Positions 21,612 to 33,860 of a stretch of 64,000 nt of DNA are shown one piece after another. Source of the DNA: Diadema antillarum (taxonomy: Eukaryota); assembly GCF_040938485.1 (NCBI RefSeq), contig NW_027270917.1, forward strand, positions 6,820,001 through 6,884,000, given 5' to 3'. Positions within the stretch are counted from its first letter, which is position 1; each line of letters begins with the position of its first letter. A program made the position numbers and the translations under genes. The notes below the pieces were generated by a model. The model did not search any database. It saw only the letters and a list, made by a program, of their open reading frames with translations, and was not told the DNA's origin.

Positions 21612-22954
21612 TCACAAGAACCATATTAAATCATAAGAATTCCATAATCTTCTCGCCTTTTTTTCAATCCTAGTGAAGACAATCAACTTTTTGTCTGTTT
21701 GTCTTTAATCTTATTGAAGTCCACTTTGACAAAGAGTCGAGTTCCCAGAAAGGTCATAGGAATCAAAAGCACTTGAGTATAAAGAAAGCACTTGTTAATA
21801 AATTTCTGCCATGTGCAAGGTGTCTATTCTTTTTTTTTAACACGTGTCCTATGTAGCTACTCAGCTAAATTTAGAACCAACATTCAAATCAGCTTTGGGT
21901 GTATTTACAGATGATAATGTGGGGAATTCTGAGACAAATTTCTCTGAATTTGTGTCTTTGTTGACCAATACTTGGGTTAAAGTACACATTGATGGAGGAG
22001 ATAAAGGTTTTGAGTCCCCACCATGCACATGTGCAAAGATCAATTGTTTTAGCAAAGTGAAACTAATGCATAGAGGATTTCAGAATATAGTTTGCTCTGA
22101 CTTCAAGCCAAACAGCTTTTAGAAGGGCTAAAAATTCTTGTTCCACCATTTGGAATTAGCTTCCAATATGTACATTGTAGGAGACTACTAAAAAAAAAAA
22201 GCCTGGCTGATGTTATCTGCCAGGCATAGGCGCCGGAAGTGGGGGGGGGGGGGGGGGGGCAGCCGCCCCCAATCCAAAAAGTGCGCATTTTGCCCCCCCC
22301 CAAAAAAAAAAAAGCCCCCCCCAAAAAAAAAAAAATGATAATAAATGATAATAAAAATAAATGAATAAACAAAGAAAATAAAATAAATATGTAAATATAT
22401 GAATAAAAGGGAAAAAATATGGCTACAAACAGCAGCTTTTGGACTGTAAAATGTCAAATTTTCAAGCTCCCTTGCTTCGCTCGCTTGCATCCAGCAGTTG
22501 AGCCCGGTGCGCCTCCCCCTTAATTTCTAAAGCGAAAAACATAGCTACGACGGCAGTTGTTGGACTCTAGAATGTCAAAATGTTCAAGCTCGCTCGCTTC
22601 GCTCGCTCGCATTGAATCGTTATGCCATTTGATTTGATTTGATTTGATTTATTCATTCTCTGTATGCCATTTTTTTTTCAAATACATCAACTTTCTGCAA
22701 TTTCATTAACAAAGTACAAAATACCGGTAGTATACTTTATACAATTTTCATCATTTTCATCAATTATGCAATACATCTGTAGTATAATTACATGAGTAAC
22801 ATGTTAATAATCTGCATACAGAACGATTGCCAATAATAAGCACAACGCTTGACTGTTTGGCAACCGATAACAAATAACATTATCATGATTATAGTGAAGA
22901 AAAACAAGAGGGTCCAACATGATGTTCGTGGAATAAGGGTTAGGGAGAGAGAGT

Positions 22955-23640
22955 CCATTCTCCTAATGTTGCTGACAGTAATTGCCAGTAGTTGCGTCCG
23001 ATGCCCCCACCCTTACTTTCCAAAGCGAAAGGTAAATATAGCTGCAAACGAGAGTTTTGGGACTGTAAAATGTCAAAATTTTCAAGCTCGCTCGCATTGA
23101 ATCATTATGCCACCCTCCTAATGTTGCTGCCAGTAATTGCCAGCAGTTGCGTCCGATACCCCCCCCCCCCTTAATTTCCAAAGCGAAAGATAAAGCTAAA
23201 AAACGGGAGTTTTGGGACTGTAAAATGTCAAAATTCTCAAGCTCGCTCGCTTTGCTCGCTCGCATTGAATCGTTATGCCATTCTCCTAATGTTGCTGCCA
23301 GTAATTGCCAGCAGTTGCGCCCGATGCGCCCCTCCATTAATTTCCAAAGTGAAAGATGTAGCTACAATTAAAACCCCAGTTTTGGAACTGTAGAATGTCA
23401 AAATTTTCAAGCTTGCTCGCTTCGCTCGCTCGCATTGAATCGTTATGCCATTCTCCTAGTGTTGCTGCCAATAATTATTGCCAGCAGTTGCGCCCGATGC
23501 GCCCCCATTTATTTCAAAGCGAAATATGTAGCTACAATTAAAACTCCAGTTTTGGAACTGTAGAATATCAAAATTTTCAAGCTCGCTCGCTTTGCTCGCT
23601 CGCATTTTATTGTTATGCCATTCACCTTATGTTGCTGACA
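22955..23640 (+). repeat. Tandem array of ~4 units of 155-171 bp with GCTCGCTCGCTTCGCTCGC motif, inside the hAT-like element; partial units at 22435-22626
   Basis: TCCTAATGTTGCTG-like motif at 22961, 23116, 23284, 23454 and ~23625. Confidence 0.9.
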
Positions 23641-23834
23641 GTATATAATTTGTCGATCGTTTCACACCGTCATTCCATAATCCATGTAAGGAAAACTTAC
23701 AATGTTCCTCAATGACTGCGTTGTTGAATGTATCACATTCCGTAATGTATTGTAGTCCCATTATTGCTCACGCACACACGCACAAGCATACAGACCGTCA
23801 AAATTACTTGATGGTTCCCCCTATGTTTCGACCC

Positions 23835-24017
23835 NNNNNNNNNNNNNNNNNNNNNNNNNNNNNNNNNNNNNNNNNNNNNNNNNNNNNNNNNNNNNNNNNN
23901 NNNNNNNNNNNNNNNNNNNNNNNNNNNNNNNNNNNNNNNNNNNNNNNNNNNNNNNNNNNNNNNNNNNNNNNNNNNNNNNNNNNNNNNNNNNNNNNNNNNN
24001 NNNNNNNNNNNNNNNNN
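23835..24017. other. Assembly gap (183 N)
   Basis: Run of N. Confidence 0.99.
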
Positions 24018-24999
24018 GTCTAATCTTGAGCCCCTCCAATGTTTGCCCCCCAATCCAAAACTGCTTCCGGCGCGCCTGCTGCCAGGATATTGAGTTGTTT
24101 TGGAATCCATGGAGATCAAAGTGTAGAATATTGTAGTTTCAATCATAGTACACAACATTTATTCCTGAAGTGCTCTTCCAAGTCAGTGGTAGGTAGGTAG
24201 AACATTTTACGCGATGAGTCGATCGTGCCCTAGCAATCATATTTTCCAACAAGTTGCATGCGATTCGCTGTAGCACTGAGGATTGGTGGATACTAATGTA
24301 GCTCGATTTGTCTCTTATCAATGATTGAGAACAAAAATAAATGTAGTAGCCACAATATTGGGTAAGCTCTGAGATTGTATTACTTCCAGCAAACCCTTTG
24401 GGCCAATATTTAACATTTTCATTATTACCCCAATTGAAAAATTGTGTTACAAATGTATAGATTACGGTATTATTTCACACATTTCTCATGCACATGAGTA
24501 CATTTAAGAGCAAAATTGACAGTTGTGAAGGCATGAAAAAAATATGTTTTCACTTTAATGCACTGGCACAGAGCGAGATCTTTGGGAAACGTCAACAACT
24601 TGGACCTTCAGAGCTTTAGACTCATTTGCACCAGTCTTTTCAAGTGTATGTGACACTTTACTTTTGAGATGTTTGTAGCTACTTACACCTGTCTTTTTTC
24701 AAACCATTTCTTTTCTTTTTCTTTTTTCTCTCATCAACCCAACTTCTCTGTCTAAACTCAATTACATTTTTCTTGGTTTATATGCTAAGTGCCAAAATAA
24801 CTTTTAATCTTTTCATGCAGTAACAAATTAGTAATGTATGATGTAGATCTAACAAGAGACTTTCAATATTGTCTATTCTGCATAAAATGTTGTAAACATC
24901 TTTGTTGGAAAATGTATTAGTTTGTCATATTTTGTTTGTTTATGTCTGGTGCTAAATCTTTCATTGGCACCATTCACATACTATCTTTGCCTATTCTTT

Positions 25000-25753
25000 T
25001 TAAAGGTCAGTTTACCTTTGGGAACAGTCATTTGAAAAATGTTCAAGATATCGCCTCTCATGCATATGTGTAGGTCTGTTGTACCACAAAACACCCTCCC
25101 ATATAAAAGTTTTGCAATAAAGCCTAAGATATACGGAGATGCTAGTATTTTTCTCAATAAACTGTAACGGTATACGGTTTAGTCTGGAAACATTTTTATT
25201 ATAACTATTGTTCACATTTTCAATATTTGACAATACTTAGCATCGATTTTACTGATTCAAATTTTCATAGTGGTTGTTTCTCTCCCTAACTCACATTTTA
25301 GAACTGTTTTAAAGGGTGTGTACAGTTCTGATCGAGGTGAGGATTTAGCTTTTAACATTTGCGAGATATTCAGAAACCACTCTATGAGATGTCAAAGAGC
25401 ATGCAATTCTAAGGAGTATCAAAAGTTTATGTAGATGAAAATCGGTTTTGGAATGGCTGAGATATCCAAAAACAAGGTAAAACAAAGAGATCCTGATAAA
25501 AGGGATGGCCTGTCGCCTTTTATTATTATCACTTTTTGGGATATCTCAGCCATTTGAAAACCAATTTTCATCAAATAAATGTTGAATCCTTCTTGAAACA
25601 ACATGCTCTTTCATATTTCATAAGAGGTTTCTCATTATCTCACTTATGAATGTTCAAAACATGAATCCCAGCCTCAACCAGTACTGCACAGTCCCTTTAA
25701 AGCACTAATGCTTGGGTTTTGTTTCATCTGCAAATTGTAAATTATGCCTTTAA
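25000..25753 (-). mobile_element. Family A copy 2, split by nested family B
   Basis: TTAA at 25000 and 25750; halves are collinear with the intact copy at 32065-32420. Confidence 0.85.
25309..25700. mobile_element. Family B Kolobok-like element (TTAA|AGGG...CCCT|TTAA) nested in family A
   Basis: TTAA TSD, imperfect 18-bp TIR, second copy at 52233-52621. Confidence 0.85.
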
Positions 25754-26039
25754 GATCGTTTGAACAATTCATAAGTTGAATGACATTTTTTGTGTCATAC
25801 AACATGTCTGATCTAAACCCATCTCAGTGATATGAATGTTCAATCACTTCAGATTGCAGTAGCTATATCATTAACTAATTTTGATACTCATGCCACCCAA
25901 AATGAAAATGAAATCGCTGAGGAAAATCTAAAACTGTTGTGATGGCAGTATACCTGATATGTGTTGAAAGAAAGATCCATTTTGATCGTTCGGCATTTAC
26001 AACTGCTTCGATTACGTAATGACGTATCTCAGCAGCTCG

Positions 26040-26400
26040 AAAAAAAAAAGTCGATGCTCCAGGACGCGTAGTGAAAGTTGATTGGTCAAAACTCTCGTAG
26101 GTAGCGCGAAACTTAAGCCGACTACTCGACTTTCAAATAGGGGGCGGGCAACATCAGTGACGAGGATATCTGTGGGGGATTTCCAATGCGGAAGTACGAT
26201 CGCAGAAAAAAAGAGAAGAGGTAAAATAAAAACGAAAGGTGTCCCTACACATCTATGTGTACGCACACACACACATCACTCAAGTGGAGTGTGTGCGTGC
26301 AACGCGATGAATGCTCAGCTAGCTGAGCTGAGGTCATACATCGAGTCATGTGAACGACATTCTGCGGACGGTCCTATAAATTTAATTGCTCATATATTGA
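26040..26400 (+). promoter_or_regulatory. CpG-rich candidate promoter P1 of an unidentified + strand gene
   Basis: ATTGG near 26081, GGGGCGGG near 26141, CCAAT near 26183, GTCATGTGA 26345-26353, TATAAA 26375-26380; CpG enrichment not explained by a recognisable repeat. Confidence 0.55.
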
Positions 26401-26739
26401 CTTTTTAGATCAACGTCCGATATAGAATTGCACAGCGTGACCATGCACAACGTGAAGCGATAATCTACGAACGCAAGACTTGCAACATGACCGGTGAGAG
26501 CTCCTACTACCAACGTTTTTAGTAGACGAACACGAGACACGACTGGAGAACATAATTCCCCGCGCATCGATCGAAGTCCAGATTCAGCTACGACACGACG
26601 GTAGCCAAACGGCATCTCCTCCGCGCCGAAGTCCACTCTAAAGTCCAAAGATTCGTGCCATCTTTGACCCCAGCAGTTCATCTGCCAGGACAAGAGTTGC
26701 TTATTACTTCAATCCAGAGTGCATGAGGAAGTCGTCGGC

Positions 26740-26770
26740 ATGAGTATGAATAAGAGTGAACCTCCAGAAG
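26740..26770 (+). CDS. Candidate first coding exon 1a (MSMNKSEPPE-G) of an unidentified gene
   Basis: ATG with purine at -3 at the end of a CpG-rich leader; AAG|GTATTC phase-1 donor. No homology recognisable. Confidence 0.4.
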
Positions 26771-27822
26771 GTATTCTATCATTTCAAGACATTTTGGTGA
26801 ATTGGTCGTTTTCTCTAGTCTGCCATTTTCGGGTGTAATAACTGGTAGAGAATAGCCAGAGCTACCAGGGCGAAGCGCTAAAGAGCATGCTATATCGTAC
26901 GTAAAACACACACAGACACACAAGAGCAGCACACATTATGGGAACGGTACGATCCGGGGGCGGATCCGCAGTATTTTTGGTATCTCACTTTGCTATTCCT
27001 CAGGTGGCCAGCCAGCGCCAGTTTGGCTATCGGACACGACTATTTGAAGTGCCATGTGTCAAATACTAACAATAGTCAATGGACACAGTTGAATGTTCAA
27101 TGTATGGAGAACATAAGTTATATTTTGGTTTGCTCGTGAGGTTGTGGGGTGTTATTTATCCACACCTTTTAGTTTACAGTGTATTTCAATACCAGGCCCT
27201 ATGCTGAATTTTGAATAACATATTAATACCTTGTATCATAGTCGTGCAAGAATGGTTCTCAACAGCTTACAAGTGCACCAATAACCCTAGACAGATTCAA
27301 AGTCTGCTAATGTGTATATTGCTGTGATTTATTTCATCTAATTCTTGGTGGAGTCGGCTCCATGGCTTCAATTGTACACCAAAGAAGGAAATGAGAATTA
27401 GATTAGGGGAATATGATTTGAGTCATAATATTTAGATACATCACAGATTATTAATGAATGAAGTTGCAGCACAATTTGGAACAGAATACATGGGAGTGGT
27501 ATAGGTAAAATTTAATTGGGTACCAGAGGGGCATATACTGTTTTTGCTAGCATAATATTTCATTTAATAAAGGGAGCATTCATACCAAAGTGGAATAAAA
27601 ACATCTGACATAGTGTTACTTTTACATAATTTTGCATTAGGAACCTTTAAATTGGAATTTGTGAAGTAATCGGGGACTTTTTTCCTCGAATTCTCAGTAC
27701 CTTTTTTTTTTCCTTTAATATTGTTGACTGTAGTGGTTAGTCCTTCATATTTGACTTCAGAATCATATTTTTAAAGATTTATAATTGATTACTCGTGGCA
27801 TACTGGTAGTAAAATAAGTAGT

Positions 27823-27991
27823 CAATGCTGCACTGCACACTGGCAGTGATTGACGGTCCAGGACCAGTAAAAATCACTGTCGGACCAGTAACTTTTTCAG
27901 GAATGGACCGGTATAAAAGGGAAAAATTAGGTACCTACTAGTCTGACAGACAGGTAGACCAGTAGTAAAAATGGGTAAGTGTGCAGCCCTG
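27823..27991. mobile_element. Short hAT-like MITE (...GTGCAGCCCTG) flanked by AAGTAGT duplication
   Basis: AAGTAGT at 27816-27822 and 27992-27998; the left terminus is decayed. Confidence 0.5.
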
Positions 27992-28804
27992 AAGTAGTAA
28001 TAGTAGCCGTAGCAAAAGTACAAATTTTAGTACAATAGTTGTGACAATAATAACGATTCGATGCAACACGTGTCTGAAATTCAAAGGAATATCATCATTT
28101 TCATTGTTACATTATTATGTCAACTATGAATATATGAACTTTCACTTCAGCAAGTTAGATTTTTATGATTATTGGTATTATAATCAAATATTAGGAATAC
28201 AGTCAAACTCGGATACCTCGAAGTCGTCGGGACTGAAGAAATTGGTTCGAGGTACGCGAATTTCGAGGTACGCGTACGTCGAATTTTCTTCGACTTATCC
28301 GATTTTGTCGATGTTCAACATGGTATCTGTTACAGTGCCTACCGATTGTTTGTATGCTTGTCAATTGGATTTGAATCGACTTTAATATGAATGAATTGAA
28401 TGAAAATCGATGTTCTTCTTTCATCAGTGTTTTCTGGTGAACAAAGGAAATGACTTATCACCATAAAAACAAAAAGAAAATACCGGTAGTTATACGTAAT
28501 CGAGTGCAAGACAGGGTTGCAGAACATGCGTGCTGAATGTACATTGTCGTGTCGGCGTAGGTACCCCCTCGATCACTATTCGTTTTTCCTCCTTTTCTCT
28601 CTCTAAGTCATCATCTCTTACACAATATCCAACACAAGAATCAGTCTTAGCTTTGCAAACTATTAAAATTTCGCACAACTATGGGTGTACATGTAGCTCA
28701 CCAAGACTGTTTAGAGCTACAGGGAGCGACGGCAAAGTCGCACCGCTACGCACCGGTCTTCCATGTGTCTACCAGCGGCACTCACAGTCAGCAGACGATA
28801 CCGT

Positions 28805-29820
28805 TTATCATTTCCAAATGTAAAAGCAACAATCAGTTATTTATTTTAGTATCATACGGAGCAGAATATTACTGTTATTCATTTCTAAATTTCCAAGCAA
28901 ACATCCGACATTCGTTTTACTACCATACGGAGCCCAATATTACTGCTGTCCACTTCCAAAAGTGAAATGAATTATCTGACAATCATTTTATCATCGAATG
29001 GAGCTGAATGTTACTGTTATTAATTTCGAAATGTATAATAGCAAATATCCGACATTTATTTTAGCATCGTATGGAGCAGAATGTTACTGCTATTCACTTC
29101 CAAATGTAAAAGCAATCATGACTGTGATATTTATTTTGGAATCTTCCGGAGCCGAATGTTCTTGCTATTTACTTTCGAAAGTAAAAGCAAACATCCGACA
29201 TTTATTTAATCATCGTACGGAGTTGAATGTTATTGTTATTCATTTCCGAACATAAAAGGGATCATTCGACATTCATTTTAGCCTATTCCGGAGCTCAATG
29301 TTATCGCTATGTTCTTTTGAACGTAAAAGCAAACATCCGGCATTCATATTATCATCGTACGGAGTTGAATATTATTATTTATTTCCGAACGTCAAAGCAA
29401 ACATTCGAAATTTATTTTAGCATCTTCCGGAGCCGAATGTTATTGCTATTTACTTTCGAATATAAAAGCAAACATCATACGGAGTTGACTACTATTGTTA
29501 TTCATTTCCGAACGTCTAAGGGATCGTTCGGCATTTATTTTTTTATCTTTCGGAGTCGAATGTTATCCTTGTTTATTTCCAAACGCAAAATCAAATATCT
29601 GACATTAATTTAAGCACCGTACAGAGCTGAATCTTACCGTTATTCATTTCCAAAAGTATAAGCAAACATCCGACATTTATTTTAGTATCGTATGGAGTCA
29701 AATATTACTGTTATTCATTTCCAAAATCAAAAGCAATCATCCGACATTCATTGTAGCAACTTTCGGGGCCGATTGTTACCGCTGTTCATCTCCAAAAGTA
29801 AAGGCAAACATCCGACTTTT
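28805..29820 (+). repeat. Diverged tandem array, ~14 units of ~71 bp, with alternating variants (~142-bp dimer)
   Basis: The (CGTAC/CTTCC)GGAG motif recurs at mostly 71-bp spacing from 28853 to ~29760. Confidence 0.9.
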
Positions 29821-30582
29821 GTTGGTGGCCCGACGTGCGTTTTGGTGGCCTCGGGCCACTGTAAGTGTCGAGCCCTGAATAAGTGCAGCACAGTACATTA
29901 AGGATGGGCTACTTGAGAAGTGAGTAATATCGCAAGATCAGATTCCGGCTATGGCTTCTGAGGACAGTGCTATTGCTGTAATCATAAACATTTATCGAAG
30001 AGGATTGTCCGCATTAAAAAAAAAAAAAAGCGAAACAATCTTAGGGGGCCTTGACGATTGTGCTAGAAAAGAAAAGAAAAAAAGTACCGAAAACTCAAAA
30101 AAGATTCAAGTCAAAACAGGGGTAAAATACATGATGATTTCTTTCTTTTTTTTGGTCTGAAAATCGTAAAGCGTATTATTCCGTTACTTCGAAATTTATC
30201 AGAATAAATTGTTGTTAAATCATATCTATACTATTCTTTATTATGCTAGGCCTATACTTCCAGATCATATACCACACTATGCTTCATAGTCGCATTGCTG
30301 GAAAAAAAAATATTCAGAGCTTGCGTTCTCGGGGAGAATTAATGAAACAAACTTCGTGAAAGGAAAAAAGTAAAAAAAAAACACTAGCGGGAGATTGATG
30401 TTTGGACAGTGGACCTTGATTAATGCCAAAGATATAACTGTCAACACCTAAGCAGGTGCGCCACGACGGTTAAGAAATGTACGCGCACGGCATGACTATC
30501 ACGATCGCAAATCAAAACAGAGTGGTCAAAGAAAGATGATGGGCAGAGCGTAGTGCTATTGTAAGCACTCCATTTGCACGGC

Positions 30583-30681
30583 TGCTATATGCATAAACCG
30601 TGTACGTGTGTAGGTACAGTAGGTGTTGGGGATGCTATATGCATACCGTGTACGTGTTTAGGTACAGTAGGTGTTGGGGAT
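30583..30681 (+). repeat. Two-copy ~50-bp direct repeat
   Basis: TGCTATATGCATA..CCGTGTACGTGT.TAGGTACAGTAGGTGTTGGGGA occurs twice. Confidence 0.9.
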
Positions 30682-32064
30682 TTTCCTTGTCAGCTGTGTA
30701 CCGGGTATTTCTTTGAGCGCGCGATCGTTCAGGGGCTCAGAATATTTACAATCGAGTGTGAAAAGATTTGTGACATGTCTTCGCTGTCCACGCGCGCTTC
30801 ATCGGAAATGCTGAGTGATGTTTGCAATTTCAATTCGAGCAACATGCTGGGAAAAACAATAAGTTAATTAAGATCGGGACATGAGATTTCCCTTCGAGGT
30901 AACCGAATTTCGAGTTATTTTTTTCGAGCTACGCGAATTTTAACACACGAAAACTCCATAGGAACAATCGGGACTTTCATTTTGCACCCGAGGTAAGTGA
31001 TATTCGGCTTATCCGAGTTCGAGGTATCCGAGGTTGACTGTAGTTTCAATTATGCATGTGGGTTATTTTTTTCCGTAATGAACCAATGAATTTTAGGGTG
31101 AAATAGCAATTCAATTCATGTGTTGCTGAAAACTGAAATGATATGATAATATAAAAAAATACGAGTTTTATTAGAATTGGAGATATTGTAAGGAAGTCTT
31201 TGGGTGAACTACCAATTCAAATTCACATTTGCTGAAAACTAAAATAATGATGATATCAAACAAAAGTAGGAGTTTTATTGAAATTGGATGTATTGTAAGG
31301 AAGCCCTGACTCTTGTATGTAATATTGAAATGAACATCTTCGCAAACACATTAATATTTATGGGAATCACATGATTCCTTAGGTTGCTGGTGTCATGGCT
31401 GCAAAAATTCCTTCTTGGTTCATACATGGTGCATAAAAGATTGTTAAATAAGGATTTTTGGCAGTAATTCATGACCACTATATAATGCTAATCCAATCAG
31501 AAATGTAATTGCCAAGATATTGAACTTTTTACAAATTATTTCATTTGGTCAATATTATATAGTTATGGTAAATTTGATTTCGAGAAGCCAGAAAAAAAAT
31601 GATGATAATTTTCATATATCTACTGTATATCACACAATAGTGATTGTTACTAATTCTGAGAAAAAGATGAAACCTAAGTTCTGTAAGTTTAATTCATATT
31701 TGATACTGGTTAGACATGGGATTACTATTGTGTTTATTTGATTCTAATATTTTTGTGAAAGTCAGCCTATAAAATTGTCATATCTACTGCATTTCACTTT
31801 TGTCATATCTAATGCATTTCACTTTGAGATATATGTATAGGGAGTAGATGGATCCATGATATGTTCGTGACCGGTTTGATACATGTATAATATGGTAATT
31901 CTTCTTAGTACAATGTTCTGCCTTTCTCTAATCTCCACCGATCCGCATACTACCTAGATGGCATTGACACACTTTCTCATGCAATGAAACCTCTAAGTAG
32001 GAAGGAAGAGGGAGAAATGATTGCTCTAGGGTAACAGGATTTGGGTTCACGCTTCTAATAAACT

Positions 32065-32420
32065 TTAAAGGTCCTGTTTACCCTTGGGAACAGTGATTTG
32101 AAAATGTTCAAGATATCACATTTGTGTAGGTCTGTTGTATCACAAAACATCCTACCATATAAAATGTTTGCAATAAAGCCTAAAATAAAGGGAGATATCA
32201 GTATTTTTCTCATTGAACCATATAAGCTGTAGACGGTTTAGTCTGGCAACATTTTTATTATAACTATTGTTCACATTTTGTGTATTTAACAATAACATTG
32301 ATTATTCGAATTCAAATTTTTACAGTGATTGTTTCTATCCCAAACTCACATTTTGGAACTATTTTAAAGCACTAATGCTGGGTTTTTGTTTCATCTGCAA
32401 TTGGTAGATTATGCCTTTAA
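32065..32420 (-). mobile_element. Family A copy 3 (intact; shows the empty TTAA site)
   Basis: TTAA at both ends; internal GAACTATTTTAAAGCACTAATG. Confidence 0.85.
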
Positions 32421-33819
32421 AGGGCCCATGGGACAGGGTAACCATCTGAACAGAAGATCTAAAATATGTAGGCAAAGGTCAGGTTCCAATCAAGTTTCAC
32501 AGAATTTTGAATTGCCTAAAAATAGGCTTAGGCTTGTACATATATTATGATGTGGTGACTATTGCACCAAATGCCAATGTGACCCTGAGAACTACGCATA
32601 AATAGAGCACAGTTTAAAGGCACACTTAAACGACTTTTTCCAGTCTGAAAAATCTTAGCTGCATACTCCTATTTTGCTACCAGAGTCCTTGTTGTAGAAA
32701 CAAACTCTGTGAAAAAAAGAAAATAAAGGAAATTAAGGCTGGAAATAAAGTAAAGCCCTGATGCTTGAAAGGGGGGGGGGGGGGAGGAAAAAATGTAAAA
32801 AAAATCTGCTGAAAACTGTTATCTAATGGTAGCGAGCCAAAGCAGCTGAGTAAAACGGAGTCTAAAGGGGCTTAGCTTTGAAAAAAAGGGTAATAATTAA
32901 CAAATATAATGTAACAAAATAATGGTATATTGGCATGGTAATATTTGTTGCTAGATCCCTTCGTAGTGACAGCATAATTCTCAAAACTTTTGTATGTACT
33001 GGAGGTTTGTTTTTATTTTATGCATTTAAAAGCACAGGCAGTATTAGTATTATACATGTAGATTGAGTGACTGTAGTGTTCACCAGTGCATGTTGCAGTC
33101 TTTGTCTGAAGGAATGAAAGAAATATGATCCAGTGGATTGTTCATCAGCCTCAGTTCGAGGTCCAGAGTGAGCTGTGGTCAGGAGGGGGAATTCCCTGCG
33201 GTGACCATATGTTTTGTCCACCTGCACTATACAGTACAAACAACTGACACTGACCATGGGAATCTTACTATCATTGTTTTAGTAAAGTGAATGTGAGCTA
33301 CTGTAAAAGTGGATATTTTCACGCAAGTAATTTTTCGCGCCCGGCCGGGGTAAATGAATTTCACATGTTCTTAATTCTGCGGGATCAAGACATTTATTAC
33401 AGGAACGTATGGCATGCAAAAATATTTGCCTGCTTTTATTTTCACGTTAGCTTCTGGTTGCACAAAATAAGGAAAAATTTCTACACTGGCCCCACGAAAA
33501 TGTCCACTCTCCTTAGTTCTAACAGTATTTGAAAGGCCCTCATGTCTGATTTCAAGCTCAATTCACAGTATGAATAAAGTACAGTCAGACAAACAGGGTT
33601 GTAAGGTTTCATGAGAATAAGACCTAAAGTGAGAAAGTTTTTTGGAATCTTAAATTTTCCCACAATTTCCATAATTAGTAGTATTAGCCAACGTGTCACG
33701 CTCAAATCGGCAGAGGTGATGTTGTTGCATCATAAATTCCTATTAAAAAATGTACACTCATTTCTTTAGATTTCTTTCTTCGACAGGAAATCAACAAGAA
33801 TAACATGTATCCTCTGCAT

Positions 33820-33860
<41 letters not shown>

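Larger units (their letters stand above)
22225..24078. mobile_element. hAT-like non-autonomous element with 8-bp TSD CTGCCAGG, spanning an assembly gap
   Basis: CTGCCAGG at 22217-22224 and 24079-24086; termini CATAGGCGCCGGAAG / CTTCCGGCGCGCCTG. An 8-bp TSD is the hAT hallmark. Confidence 0.8.
28198..31042. mobile_element. pogo/Tigger-like TIR pair TA|CAGTCAAACTCGGATACCTCGAA ... TTCGAGGTATCCGAGGTTGACTG|TA bracketing 2.85 kb with no transposase
   Basis: 24/25-nt inverted match including TA. Could be one element or two half-MITEs. Confidence 0.65.

Noticed and set aside
23712-24158. ORFs spanning N runs (also 48010-48254)
   Set aside because: Artefacts of undetermined bases.
18143-29820. Regularly spaced repeats as CRISPR-like arrays
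   Set aside because: Units are homologous along their whole length with no unique spacers, there are no cas genes, and the context is eukaryotic.
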